From: Antedon mediterranea
Taxonomy: Eukaryota; Animalia; Echinodermata
NCBI RefSeq assembly: GCF_964355755.1
Contig: NC_092675.1
Location: forward strand, 31,282,912 to 31,346,911
Direction: 5' to 3'
DNA length: 64,000 nt
In this document: one piece after another, positions 47,282 to 59,600 of the stretch
How the letters are laid out: the number at the start of each line of letters is the position of its first letter
Numbering within the stretch: position 1 is the stretch's first letter
The notes under the pieces: generated by a model
What the model was told of the DNA's origin: nothing
Database searches by the model: none
The model's input: only the letters and a program-made list of their open reading frames with translations
Program-made: the position numbers and the translations under genes

Positions 47282-50200
47282 TTATACCTCTGATAGAACT
47301 GTCTTAATATCATCCATAAAACTTGATAGCAACGTAGCATCTGAACCTTTACCTTCTATCGATATTCCATTATTTGCCTAATGACACAATAAAACAACCA
47401 TGTTAATGTTATATATCTTACTGTTCTCAACCAAGGTTTAAATAAAAAGAAAACAAATTTTCTAAAGTATTCTCTAATTTAGTTACTACATCTTTCCATT
47501 ACACCTATAATATTTATTATACTAAAAAAATGCCTACACATTTCTTAACATTAAAAAAAAAAGCAAAATCTTACCAATAACTTGACTAGTAAACAAATAT
47601 GATGATTTTGGATGGAACATGAGTAAAGTGAAGCAGTGTCGCCAACTCTTTCTACTAATCGACAATGAGTAAAGAAACATATTCTATGAAGTGCGTGATG
47701 GAACTCCACTGCTACTGTCACTAACTTTAAGGAAATCTTGGCTTGTAAATCTCCACTTGATAGTAAATTTGCAAATTCAGCTCTGTAACAATACCAATAA
47801 TGTTTTATATTTTTTAAAATTTCATATGCATCCAACAGAGAGCACAAACTCGCCAATTACAGGATGGATAAAATGTTTTTTATAATTTATCATGCTTATT
47901 AACCAAGTCTCATTTGAGGCTTCGGAAGTGGAGTTGCAAGAGTCGTGAGTTACAACCCTGGCACTAGGTCAGGAATGAACTTCGGACCATGAGATTGGAA
48001 GGCAAGTATGTTAACCACCAAGCTACAGCTCCATTACAATGTAGTTTTGCTTAAAATTAAGCCAATTTCATACCACTTGGGTGATAAGCAGAGTTCGAGA
48101 TGTTTGTTTTCATTACAATTAGTAGTAGATTGTCCAGTAATCATTATTATCTTCCCCTCTACAATTCCCTCGTAAAATTAAATTTACAGACACATATATT
48201 AATCTGCAAGTTACATCAGTTTTGTTTTTTTATAAACTGATTGATTACTCTAAACATGAGCCATAAAACAGATGACACATGATTGTATACTTACCCTGTA
48301 CAAGGAACTGCTGCTGTATAAGCGGTTACTGGTAAATGGACTTTAAAATCAATCTTTTCACTTGTTGCACCAGATTCATCCTACAATAAATCACAATTAT
48401 TAACTGTTTTATTCATTTCTTTACATGCATCCACATACTATTAATCAAACGTAACTGTGCAACATCAATTTGTCTTAATCAAATGTTAAGGGTGTGTGTC
48501 TGCATTATATTTGATCCAAAAATAACCTATTTATACAAACATAACAATACAACAAATAAGTAGATTGCACCAAGAAGTGAGTGGCAAAAGAGGCCAACAG
48601 CTTCTGTAGCCAAAGTAGATTGCATCAAGAAGTGAGTGGCAAAAGAGGCCAACAGCTTCTGTAGCCAAAGTAGATTGCACCAAGAAGTGAGTGGCGAAAG
48701 AGGCCAACAGCTTCTGTAGCCAAAGTAGATTGCACCAAGAAGTGAGTGGCAAAAGAGGCCAACAGCTTCTGTAGCCAAAGTAGATTGCACCAAGAAGTGA
48801 GTGGCAAAAGAGGCCAACAGCTTCTGTAGCCAAAGTAGATTGCACCAAGAAGTGAGTGGCAAAAGAGGCCAACAGCTTCTGTAGCCAAAGTAGATTGCAC
48901 CAAGAAGTGAGTGGCAAAAGAGGCCAACAGCTTCTGTAGCCAAAGTAGATTGCACCAAGAAGTGAGTGGCGAAAGAGGCCAACAGCTTCTGTAGCCAAAG
49001 TAGATTGCACCAAGAAGTGAGTGGCAAAAGAGGCCAACAGCTTCTGTAGCCAAAGTAGATTGCACCAAGAAGTGAGTGGCAAAAGAGGCCAACACCTTCT
49101 GTAGCCAAAGTAGATTGCACCAAGAAGTGAGTGGCAAAAGAGGCCAACAGCTTCTGTAGCCAAAGTAGATTGCACCAAGAAGTGAGTGGCAAAAGAGGCC
49201 AACAGCTTCTGTAGCCAAAGTAGATTGCACCAAGAAGTGAGTGGCAAAAGAGGCCAACAGCTTCTGTAGCCAAAGTAGATTGCACCAAGAAGTGAGTGGC
49301 AAAAGAGGCCAACAGCTTCTGTAGCCAAAGTAGATTGCACCAAGAAGTGAGTGGCGAAAGAGGCCAACAGCTTCTGTAGCCAAAGTAGATTGCACCAAGA
49401 AGTGAGTGGCAAAAGAGGCCAACAGCTTCTGTAGCCAAAGTAGATTGCACCAAGAAGTGAGTGGCAAAAGAGGCCAACAGCTTCTGTAGCCAAAGTAGAT
49501 TGCACCAAGAAGTGAGTGGCAAAAGAGGCCAACAGCTTCTGTAGCCAAAGTAGATTGCACCAAGAAGTGAGTGGCAAAAGGGCCAACAGCTTCTGTAGCC
49601 AATTAAGCATGCCACTCCAACAAAAGAGCTAAAATGTAAAACAATTATAAAATAAAAACCTACCTTAATCATATAAGTTAATGTCCCTCTGAGTTTTTGT
49701 GGCATGGTAACATTTTGAACAGTGAAAGCAAACTGGCCTTCATTAGTGGCACCTGCAGGAAGTTGAAATGGAACGCTGATACCATCATGTTGAGAAGCAC
49801 CGCTCTGTCAAAATTAAACATTTATAAACAATATGAACAAGGGAATGTAACAAACACAAAATAGATAGATATGTTAATTAACATTTATAATTGGCAAATA
49901 TCATTTATTTTTATTTAATTTTAATATTATATAGACCTTGATCCAAATACTGGATTAATTACTGCATTAATTAATGCATATTAATGATACATATTAATGC
50001 TTTTGTCAAATTTCCATTCAATAGTGATTTAGTTTACTTTAGGGCACCCTGGTCTTATTTGTTCAATTGTATACTTGCTGTTTGTGAGACCAATAATGGA
50101 AATGAAATTGAAGATAATAAAAATAAAACTTATGCGGTCAAAGATAATGTACATTGTTTTCTGATAATTACGGCAATAACAATGATCACGGTGATGATAA

Positions 50201-50610
50201 TATTTACCTCTCTGACAAGCCGCGTGTTGAGTGAATCCAATACATTAAAATCTAAAGACTTGAGTTGTGAATTAGTTAAGTTACTGAATATGACAGACAA
50301 GACAACCTGTTGACTTTGATGCATATCTATCCTTGTTTCATATGTCTGAAATTAACAATTTATAAATTGTCACTGATTTCTTAAATATAATATCAAATAT
50401 AAACATATATGTCTGAAAATAACAATTTATAAATTGTCACTGATGTCTTAAATATACTATCAAACACCAATGGCATTCTTATATTGTATACAAGCTTCTT
50501 AAAAGTCTTCTATCCAATAATGTTTTTAAAAACGAAAAACAAGCAGATATAGTACTACTTACAAGTTTAATTGATTTGTTTTCAGCCAAAGGTTTGTAAC
50601 TTGATAGTTG
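47282..50610 (-). CDS. AP3D1: AP3D1 exons for the C-terminal ear/appendage
   Basis: SSYKPLAENKSIKL; DFNVLDSLNTRLVR; VPFQLP...MPQKLRGTLTYMIK; ASLYSCSIQNHHICLLVK; ISIEGKGSDATLLSSFMDDIKTVLSEV*. Confidence 0.93.
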
Positions 50611-53600
50611 CTGAAGGAAAAAATTGACATTTTGTGATTTAACTTTAAAACCTAGTTGAACCAGTTAAACATATCATTATGTAATATTTCATTTAAAAAT
50701 AACATACTGGTAAAATAACAAGAAATGATACATACTGGTAATGGAACTTCCTCTACAACAGAATCACCATTCTCTTTTGGTATAGGCTCAGTTTCTTCTT
50801 CTGTTTTATGTGATTTCTTCTTTTTATCTTTTTTCTTTTCTTTTTTATCTTTCTTTGATTTTTTCTCTTTCTTTTTCAGTTTCTAAAATATAAATGAGTA
50901 CTGACATTACATGTTGCATTGTAACAACACTATTTTTTATTCACCGAATTGGAATCAATGGTTTACCCGATATTAGTTAATGCATTGTATACAGTACAAA
51001 CAACCATATCAAGGATAATAATACAATAATGGAACTGGTTTAAAAAGTGATGGCCAGCATCAAACTTGATAATTAAAGTTCCATAAAACGGCAGCAGCAA
51101 CAACATACGAATTGTTGGCTAGCCAGATAAATCGTGACACGCAAGTTTTACCACTGGTTTATAATTTAAAATTTTTGATATCAAACATTTTAAGTTAGTG
51201 TAAGAAACTTTAAATTGACCAGCCATGGAATGGGCTTTTGGGATAGTTTTGACCTTGTTTAACACTGGTAGTTAGTTCCTAAAGGTTGTTTTACCTCTAC
51301 ACTTGGCTGCTCCTCTACGCTTGGCTGCTTCTCTTCATTTACCTCCGCTACTTCTTCAGATTTTCCTTCTTCTTTTGTTAGCCAGAAACTTAAATCATCA
51401 TACTTTAAAAAAAAAAGTTTGTGAAAGTCTATGTTAAGTTTACATTATTCAGGAAAAAATTAACAAAATAGCAATTTTAATCTTTCACAAATCAAAGTGT
51501 ATAATTAAATGCATAGACATGTAATGGAAGACAAATATTATATATTATTAGAATATTTTTAAACTAAATCTAATTCATGTAACATTATACCTTGCTTTTT
51601 TCTGGTTCTTGCTCAGGTGGAGTTGGTTTAGTAGGTGTACTAGATGGAATTTCTTCAACTCCGTTGCCATTGGTTACTGGTTCCCCATCACCTCCTAATA
51701 AATTGTGCTCTTTTTCCTCCATTTCAGCAGCATCTACCCTTTGTTCTTCAGATTCTGATTTTGACCTCTTCTTCTACAAATAATTTTACAAATTTTTGGT
51801 AATAATTTGGTTATGCTCCTGTTTTATTGATACTGATTGACCTTTATACGCTAAGATTTATTTTAATATAATATTTATTTATACTGGGTGACCTCTTCAG
51901 TCAAAGAGGGCCCAGTTATGATCAGTGGCTGTGATGTACTTGTATACCAGGTAACTCCCTACTCATCTGAAAAGATGTACTAGGTTCTTTGAAGTGCACA
52001 TGAGCTGGATGTGTACACTGGACCTATGGTTTATAGTCCTTATTTGAGAAGACTTGTTCTACCACCAGAACCATGGAGTTGTGAGCATCAAACCCTTGCC
52101 AATGTTATGGCTACATAATTATGGTTCCACTGATTAATAAATAAATTAACATAAATTTACCTTTTTCTCTTTCTTTACTTTCTTCTGTCCTTTTTTATCT
52201 TTCTTTGATTTCTTCTTTTCCGTCTTTGCATCCGTTGTGTCCTGTTCATCTTTCATTTTTTTCTTACCGTCCACAACTCTATGTCCACGTACCGGTATTT
52301 TCTCATGATCGTCAAGAGGCCTTCACAGAAATACATAAATAATTTAATATCAATGATCAACCAATCAGTGGATCTGTTATAGGCAATATGGGCCAACTCA
52401 TGTATACGCATAGTGCATGTGTTATGCGCGATTTGAACGATTTGCGCAATTTGAAATTGCGCAAAAAAAATCCTTGCGCAATTTGAATTGAAACATGTGT
52501 TTCAAATTGCGCAAGCAACGTATTAAATTGCGCAAGTAATCTGCAAATTGCGCAAGGTTTTTCGACAGATTGTGAAATCATGCACACCCATATTTTTATA
52601 GTAATTTCTGAGAATGATTCAAAATTAAAGATAAATATCGCATTTCCTTATTTTAGTAGTGCAAATATTGTTATAAGTTAGCATACCGTCGAAGAACCGA
52701 CGAAGGAAAACGAAGCGTGTTCCACCAGGCGGGCGCGGCGCGGGCGGCCGGCTATACTACTCTAGCCTAGCTAGGGTCTGGACTACTGATACTGACTAGG
52801 TTGTCTGGTAGAATTTTGTTGCGCAATTTGAAAATTTACAGTTCGTTTTCAAATTGCGCAAAGGTGTCATATTGCGCAAGAACTATCTTGAGCAATTTAC
52901 AAATTGTGCAGCGCAATTTAAAATTGCGAAAAGATTTTCTTGCGCAATTTGAAATTGCGCAAGTTGATTGCGCAATTTAAAATTGCACAAAAAAATCCTT
53001 GCGCAATTTTAAATTGCGCAAGAATTCTTTGCGCAATTTCAAATTGCGCAAGGATTTTTTTGCCCAATTTCAAATTGCACAAATCGTTCAAATCGCGCAT
53101 AACACATACATATGTGTTGTGATAAATTTCAATTTATAGCTTTTTCATTTGTAGTAGTCTATTCATAATAACTTACGCATCCAGGTCAATATTAAGTGCT
53201 CTATGTGGGTCATTTACATTGTGTGCATCCTATATGATATCAAGTAGTCTATTCATAATAACTTACGCATCCAGGTCAATATTAAGTGCTCTATGTGGGT
53301 CATTTACATTGTGTGCATCCTATATGATATCAAGTAGTCTATTCATAATAACTTACGCATCCAGGTCAATATTAAGTGCTCTATGTGGGTCATTTACATC
53401 ATGTGCATCCTCATCATCTTCTGATATTGTAGCACCCTTAAAAAAAAACACATTAAAAATGATATGGCATTCATCCTATTCATGTTATCTCACCACACAC
53501 ATTGACTGATAAACAGACTAAGGATTATGTTATACTTAAGTAAACATGTTAACTTAACATTGGAGTGGCATGCCTAATCGGCGACAGAAGCTGTTGGCCT

Positions 53601-56600
53601 CTTTTGCCACTCCTTGGCGCAATCTAGCTATTTATTGTCTTGGTTGTATAGATGTGTTTGTCAAAATTAATAAAAAAAAACAAAAAAAAACATCATTATA
53701 ATCATTAAAATGTGACTAAGTTTTGCCTCTATTTTATTAGTTATTAAGCCTATTCTTTACACTGAATATAAATTCATTGTTATTATGAAATGCTGGATAA
53801 AATACAAACCTCTGGCATTTCCTCTTCAACAATATCTACTGTATGTACAATAGGAATATCATCACTTGACACTGACACTGTACGCTTCTTGCGACCTTTC
53901 TTTCCTCTTTTTTTAGATTTCTTTCCTCCGTCCTGTCTTTGCATGTACTTGTCAGTAATGTTCATACCTGATACATAATAATAAACATCATCAAATTAAT
54001 TTTACATTTCTAATACTAATCTGAGCTAACCAGAAACTATGACAAATGTCACCAATTGCAGAGAAATTATACTTCGACAAACTACATACTACTTTTAAAA
54101 ATTATAAAATACAAAAGTACATCTTTAGATTTCCTTCAATAATATCATCATAATTGTATAAACAAATGTCTTACTTAAAAACAGAATGAGAATACATTAA
54201 ACAAGGAAATTGGTTATAAAACAAAATGACAGCTTAATTGTCAATTGTTGCTATCAAGACCGCATCAACTTATAATTCAATTCATGTAAAATAACATTAC
54301 TCTTAAACAAACTATTTCAAGTAACAGAACATATGAATGATGATGATGATATAAAAAACATGAGCATGAACATATCCGCAAAAAAAGCAAAAAACAACTT
54401 AATTATTTGTATATAAAATATTTCTAAAAAATTAGTAGATTTAATACTTGACAGCTGAGCTTATTACAAACAGACATTGAGTAGCAGTGCCTTTTGTGCA
54501 TCCTATACACTTGTGCTTTCTCTTACTCAGTGTGTGTACAATACCACTGTACACCAGCCTTACAAACAACATGATGCATATCATGCTAAAGATAGTGTGG
54601 CAAACCAACTTGTTCAATTCTAATTTAAAAACTAAATAAAAATGATTTGCGAATATTTAAAATTTAAGATGTGAAATATTAGAATTTGCTTAGAAAATGT
54701 TTAAAGACAATTACTTTACTTTAAAAACAAAAAACTAAAAAAAAAAATAAACAAAGAAATAAATGAATTTTAATAGTTTTAACAAAATGTTAACATGAAT
54801 GTGTTTAACAAAAGAAAAATAAAAATGTGTATATAATGTATTAATACCTGGTATATCATAATATGGGGAGCGACCCCTTCTCCCTAACGAAAGCGTGCAG
54901 AAAACAAACGGTGTTAATTAGATCAAACATGTGTACGATAATAATATTATGTTAGGTTATTTAATAATCTATTCTGGTTATTTTAAGAACATACTGGGCT
55001 ATCTAACCAGTGAGCAATTACATAATGAACCCTTAAAAAAACCTGCCAGAAAGAATTGTATTATTACTTGTGTAATTAGCAACAACAATAACCATAAATG
55101 TATGGTAATGATAAAATGAAAATAAATGAAATACATAAGCATGCATGGCAAAATAAAACCCACTTAATATAGAAACAAAAATGATTTATAAAAAAAACAA
55201 AAATACAAACAAGACATTAAAAATGAAATACACCTTCTTTAATGTTTTAAAATTAAAAATGTTTATACCAAATAAATAAAATGCATTTTAAATAAAAGTT
55301 GTGTATTTTATTTGGATTGACTTATAAACAAATGGCAAAAAGTGATGGGTTTGGAAATAAAAGAGAAAAAAAAAATAATAATAATAATTCCCTTCACACA
55401 ATTTGCCAGAAAAGTAAACACAAAAACTTTAAATAACGTTATAAATTACTGTCAGAATGATAATCAAACTGATTCAGATCAACAAAGATCACAGCTTTTT
55501 TAGTAATGTTATATAAATGTAAAAAAGCCCTCAACCATCTGATACCTGTGACTAATAAGCTTTGACTGGGGCCTGCTTCTTCTATTGTATCCAGCCCACC
55601 ATCTGATGACACGGGTCATATGAAGTAATAGTAGAAAAACTTACATAATTAACAAGTATAACACATCTCACTAATTCTATTTTGCTTAATACATACGATA
55701 CAGCCACCTTTCCCAATACCATACACACTTGGACTGATCTATAATGTTTTGTTTTCTGGAAAGTCTGGTATTTTGAAAGCGTTTTTATGGTAAAATAAGA
55801 ATGTGGGACCTTTTGGAGCTCAAGAAAAGTTTTGTTTTACAAGAGTTTCTGGTTTTCAAGAGTCTGGGTATTGGAAGTTGTCTGTATATGTCTAATGTAT
55901 GTCTAATGTATGTTTAATGTATGTTTAATGTATGTTTAATGTATGTCTAATGTATGTTTAATGTATACAAAACTGTACATTCTATAGTAATGTATGCATT
56001 CATTTTGTACACAACATAATCCTAAACATTACAAAATATACAGAAAATGACAAACCTTTGTGTTCACCAGGAATATGTAGCGGTACACTGAGATCAATCT
56101 TAGCAACTGGGATACCATCAACACTCTCAGCAGCTAGTTCTTTCAATTTCTTGCGTCTTTTTTTAGGTGAATCAAATTTAAGATAATGAGGATTACTAGC
56201 TTGTTCTTGTCGTCTAGCTGATCTTCTTTTCTCAAGTTCTTCCTCTGATAGCTCCTCATAGTACTGTGTCTGGTGATTGACTCTGAGAAAACAAAAACAT
56301 TACTATATTTACATGAGTATATTTATCCATATTTACAACATTATATAACAACAAATATATAAATAATTTAAATGAACATATGACAGTGGAACGAAATTTT
56401 ATTCTGCATTTTCTTTTCTATTTGGATGAATAAATAAACAACACTGAAACTAAAAAACAACTGAAATCAACAGTAAATTATGACCAACATTTTGACAAAA
56501 TAATCTTTCTTTTCATCTTACAAAAGTTGTTTGTAATAAGTTACCTATTGGCATCATGAATAAACATGGTGTCGATGGTGACCTCATCATCAGAACTTTC

Positions 56601-59600
56601 AGAGGGTGGTTCGTTAATCCATTTATCAAGGTCTAATCCCTCTGGCACCGGCACTTTCTTCTGAGCTTTTGGAGCGACTGGGTTCAACTCATCAACAAAC
56701 AAAGCAGCTAATTCATCTCCTACTGACACTTCTTTCTCTTGAATTTTTTTAACATATTTCAGAAGTTGTAAAATGGTACATGCCTTTAGGGAGCAAAGAA
56801 CACAAATTAGCACAGTAATTTATGTTGGGATAGAAATATTAAGAGCAAAACATTTTTATTTTTGTAACAGATTATTTCAACTTTATTCTCAACATTTTTA
56901 CAATAAATACAATATTACATTTCATTATGAGCAACTTTTGGAAGGAGCTGCAAACTGTGAAATCACGAAGTCCAGCCTCTACACGGAATTACACAAACCA
57001 ACAGTGGTCTATGAGTGAGATACATACCTGTATAGACTCTACATATGTAGGTAGGGATCTCACGAAATAGACAATAAAATTATGGTAGACAACTTCCATC
57101 AATATATCATAAAATCATTTAGAAACCTAGCTCATCTTTTTAAATACACAGTACATTTGTTATTGCATTTATTGTATTATTATGTTGATAGAATAACATT
57201 TAAATTAAACATACTCTTTCTTGAACCTCTAGATCAGCACTCTCTGAGAAGACTGGCAGTTTATCTAGCAGTAGTTGGGTGGCCTCAACTCCTTTCTCAT
57301 GCTCCTCCTCGTCATCCTCCTCACATTTTTTAACTATTGCACTGTATAACTTTAAAACATTTTGCACGTATACACTCTAAAATAAAATATAAAAAACATG
57401 TTAGAAAATTATGAAAAAATCAACTACTTAAATAATAATTGTAATGTTATTCCCTGTCTATTATAATTATTGTAATGTTACCTGTATATTATAATTATTG
57501 TAATGTTACCTGTACATATTGTAATGTTACCTGTATATTATAATTATTGTAATGTTACCTGTACATATTGTAATGTTACCTGTATATTATAATTATTGTA
57601 ATGTTACCTGTCTATTATAATTATTGTAATGTTACCTGTACATATTGTAATGTTATTCCCCGTATATTATAATTATTGTAATGTTATTCCCTGTATATTA
57701 TAATTATTGTAATGTTACCTGTACATATTGTAATGTTACCTGTATATTATAATTATTGTAATGTTACCTGTACATATTGTAATGTTATTACCTGTCTATT
57801 ATAATTATTGTAATGTTACCTGTACATATTGTAATGTTATTCTCTGTCTATTATAATTATTGTAATGTTACCTGTATATTATAATTATTGTAATGTTACC
57901 TGTACATATTGTAATGTTACCTGTATATTATAATTATTGTAATGTTACCTGTATATTATAATTATTGTAATGTTACCTGTACATTATAATTATTGTAATG
58001 TTACCTGTATATTATAATTATTGTAATGTTACCTGTATATTATAATTATTGTAATGTTACCTGTACATATTGTAAAGTTTCCTGTATATTATAATTATTG
58101 TAATGTTATTCCCTGTATATTATAATTATTGTAATGTTACCTGTACATATTGTAATGTTACCTGTCTATTATAATTACTGTAATGTTACCTGTATATTAT
58201 AATTATTGTAATGTTACCTGTATATTATAATTATTGTAATGTTACCTGTATATTATAATTATTGTAATGTTACTTGTATATTATAATTATTGTAATGTTA
58301 CCTGTACATATTGTAATGTTATTCCCTGTATATTATAATTATTGTAATGTTACCTGTATATTATAATTATTGTAATGTTACCTGTATATTATAATTATTG
58401 TAATGTTACCTGTACATTATAATTATTGTAATGTTACCTGTATATTATAATTATTGTAATGTTACCTGTACATATTGTAATGTTATTCCCTGTATATTAT
58501 AATTATTGTAATGTTACCTGTCTATTACAATTATTGTAATGTTACCTGTACATATTGTAATGTTATTCCCCGTATATTATAATTATTGTAATGTTATTCC
58601 CTGTATATTATAATTATTGTAATGTTACCTGTACATATTGTAATGTTACCTGTATATTATAATTATTGTAATGTTACCTGTACATATTGTAATGTTATTA
58701 CCTGTATATTATAATTATTGTAATGTTACCTGTACATATTGTAATGTTATTCCCTGTCTATTATAATTATTGTAATGTTACCTGTACATATTGTAATGTT
58801 ATTCCCTGTCTATTATAATTATTGTAATGTTACCTGTATATTATAATTATTGTAATGTTACCTGTACATATTGTAATGTTATTACCTGCTGAGCCTGTAT
58901 ACTATATTGTAATGTTATTACCTGTATATATTATATTGTAATGTTATAAACTGTCTACCATATTGTTATTTTACCTGTATATGTCCTGGAAGGTTGCTAA
59001 CTCTCTGTTTAAGCATATATTGCAACGTTGCGTAAGGATCCAGAAGATGAACAGGGAATTCTCCTATAATCCAAGCTGCTGCATATAACACTTCACAGCG
59101 ACTGTTTGTCTGCATAGATGCACCTGATAGTAGATGAAAGTTCTCTAACAGAGAGGCCTACAAACAAGGTAAAGTTTTTTAAACATTTACTTACTTCAAC
59201 AAAAGTATACATATTTAATACAACTAATTTGAAGACTTCAAGGTCTATATTAGCACTTTTCATTTCATTTCATTTCTTTATTCAAATTCAAAACAAAATA
59301 ACATTAAAAAACATTAAAGGAATGAATTCAGGGTAGCACAAAAAGTAACCAAAGGTCAAACTTATTATATTTCAACTTTTTAGTATGAATGAAAATATGT
59401 ACCATTTGAGAGACCGCAAATGGTCGGATAGCTTTGACTCTGATGGCAACGTCCAACATCTGGGAAGCAATCAATCGTCCATGTTTGGTTCCTTCAATTC
59501 GAGTTAATTCCACAAGGATTGAAACATACCTATTGAAAAATAAAATACAAAAACTGTTTCATTACGTAATTGCATTTTAGATATTTATAGCATACTATAC

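Noticed and set aside
47900-48032. tRNA gene
   Set aside because: A/B boxes are present but the stems are degenerate and it runs into a repeat body; better explained as a SINE head.
48527-49705. 392/359/325-aa minus-strand ORFs
   Set aside because: All three frames are open because the 55-bp unit lacks stops on that strand; only 49664-49705 is real AP3D1 exon.
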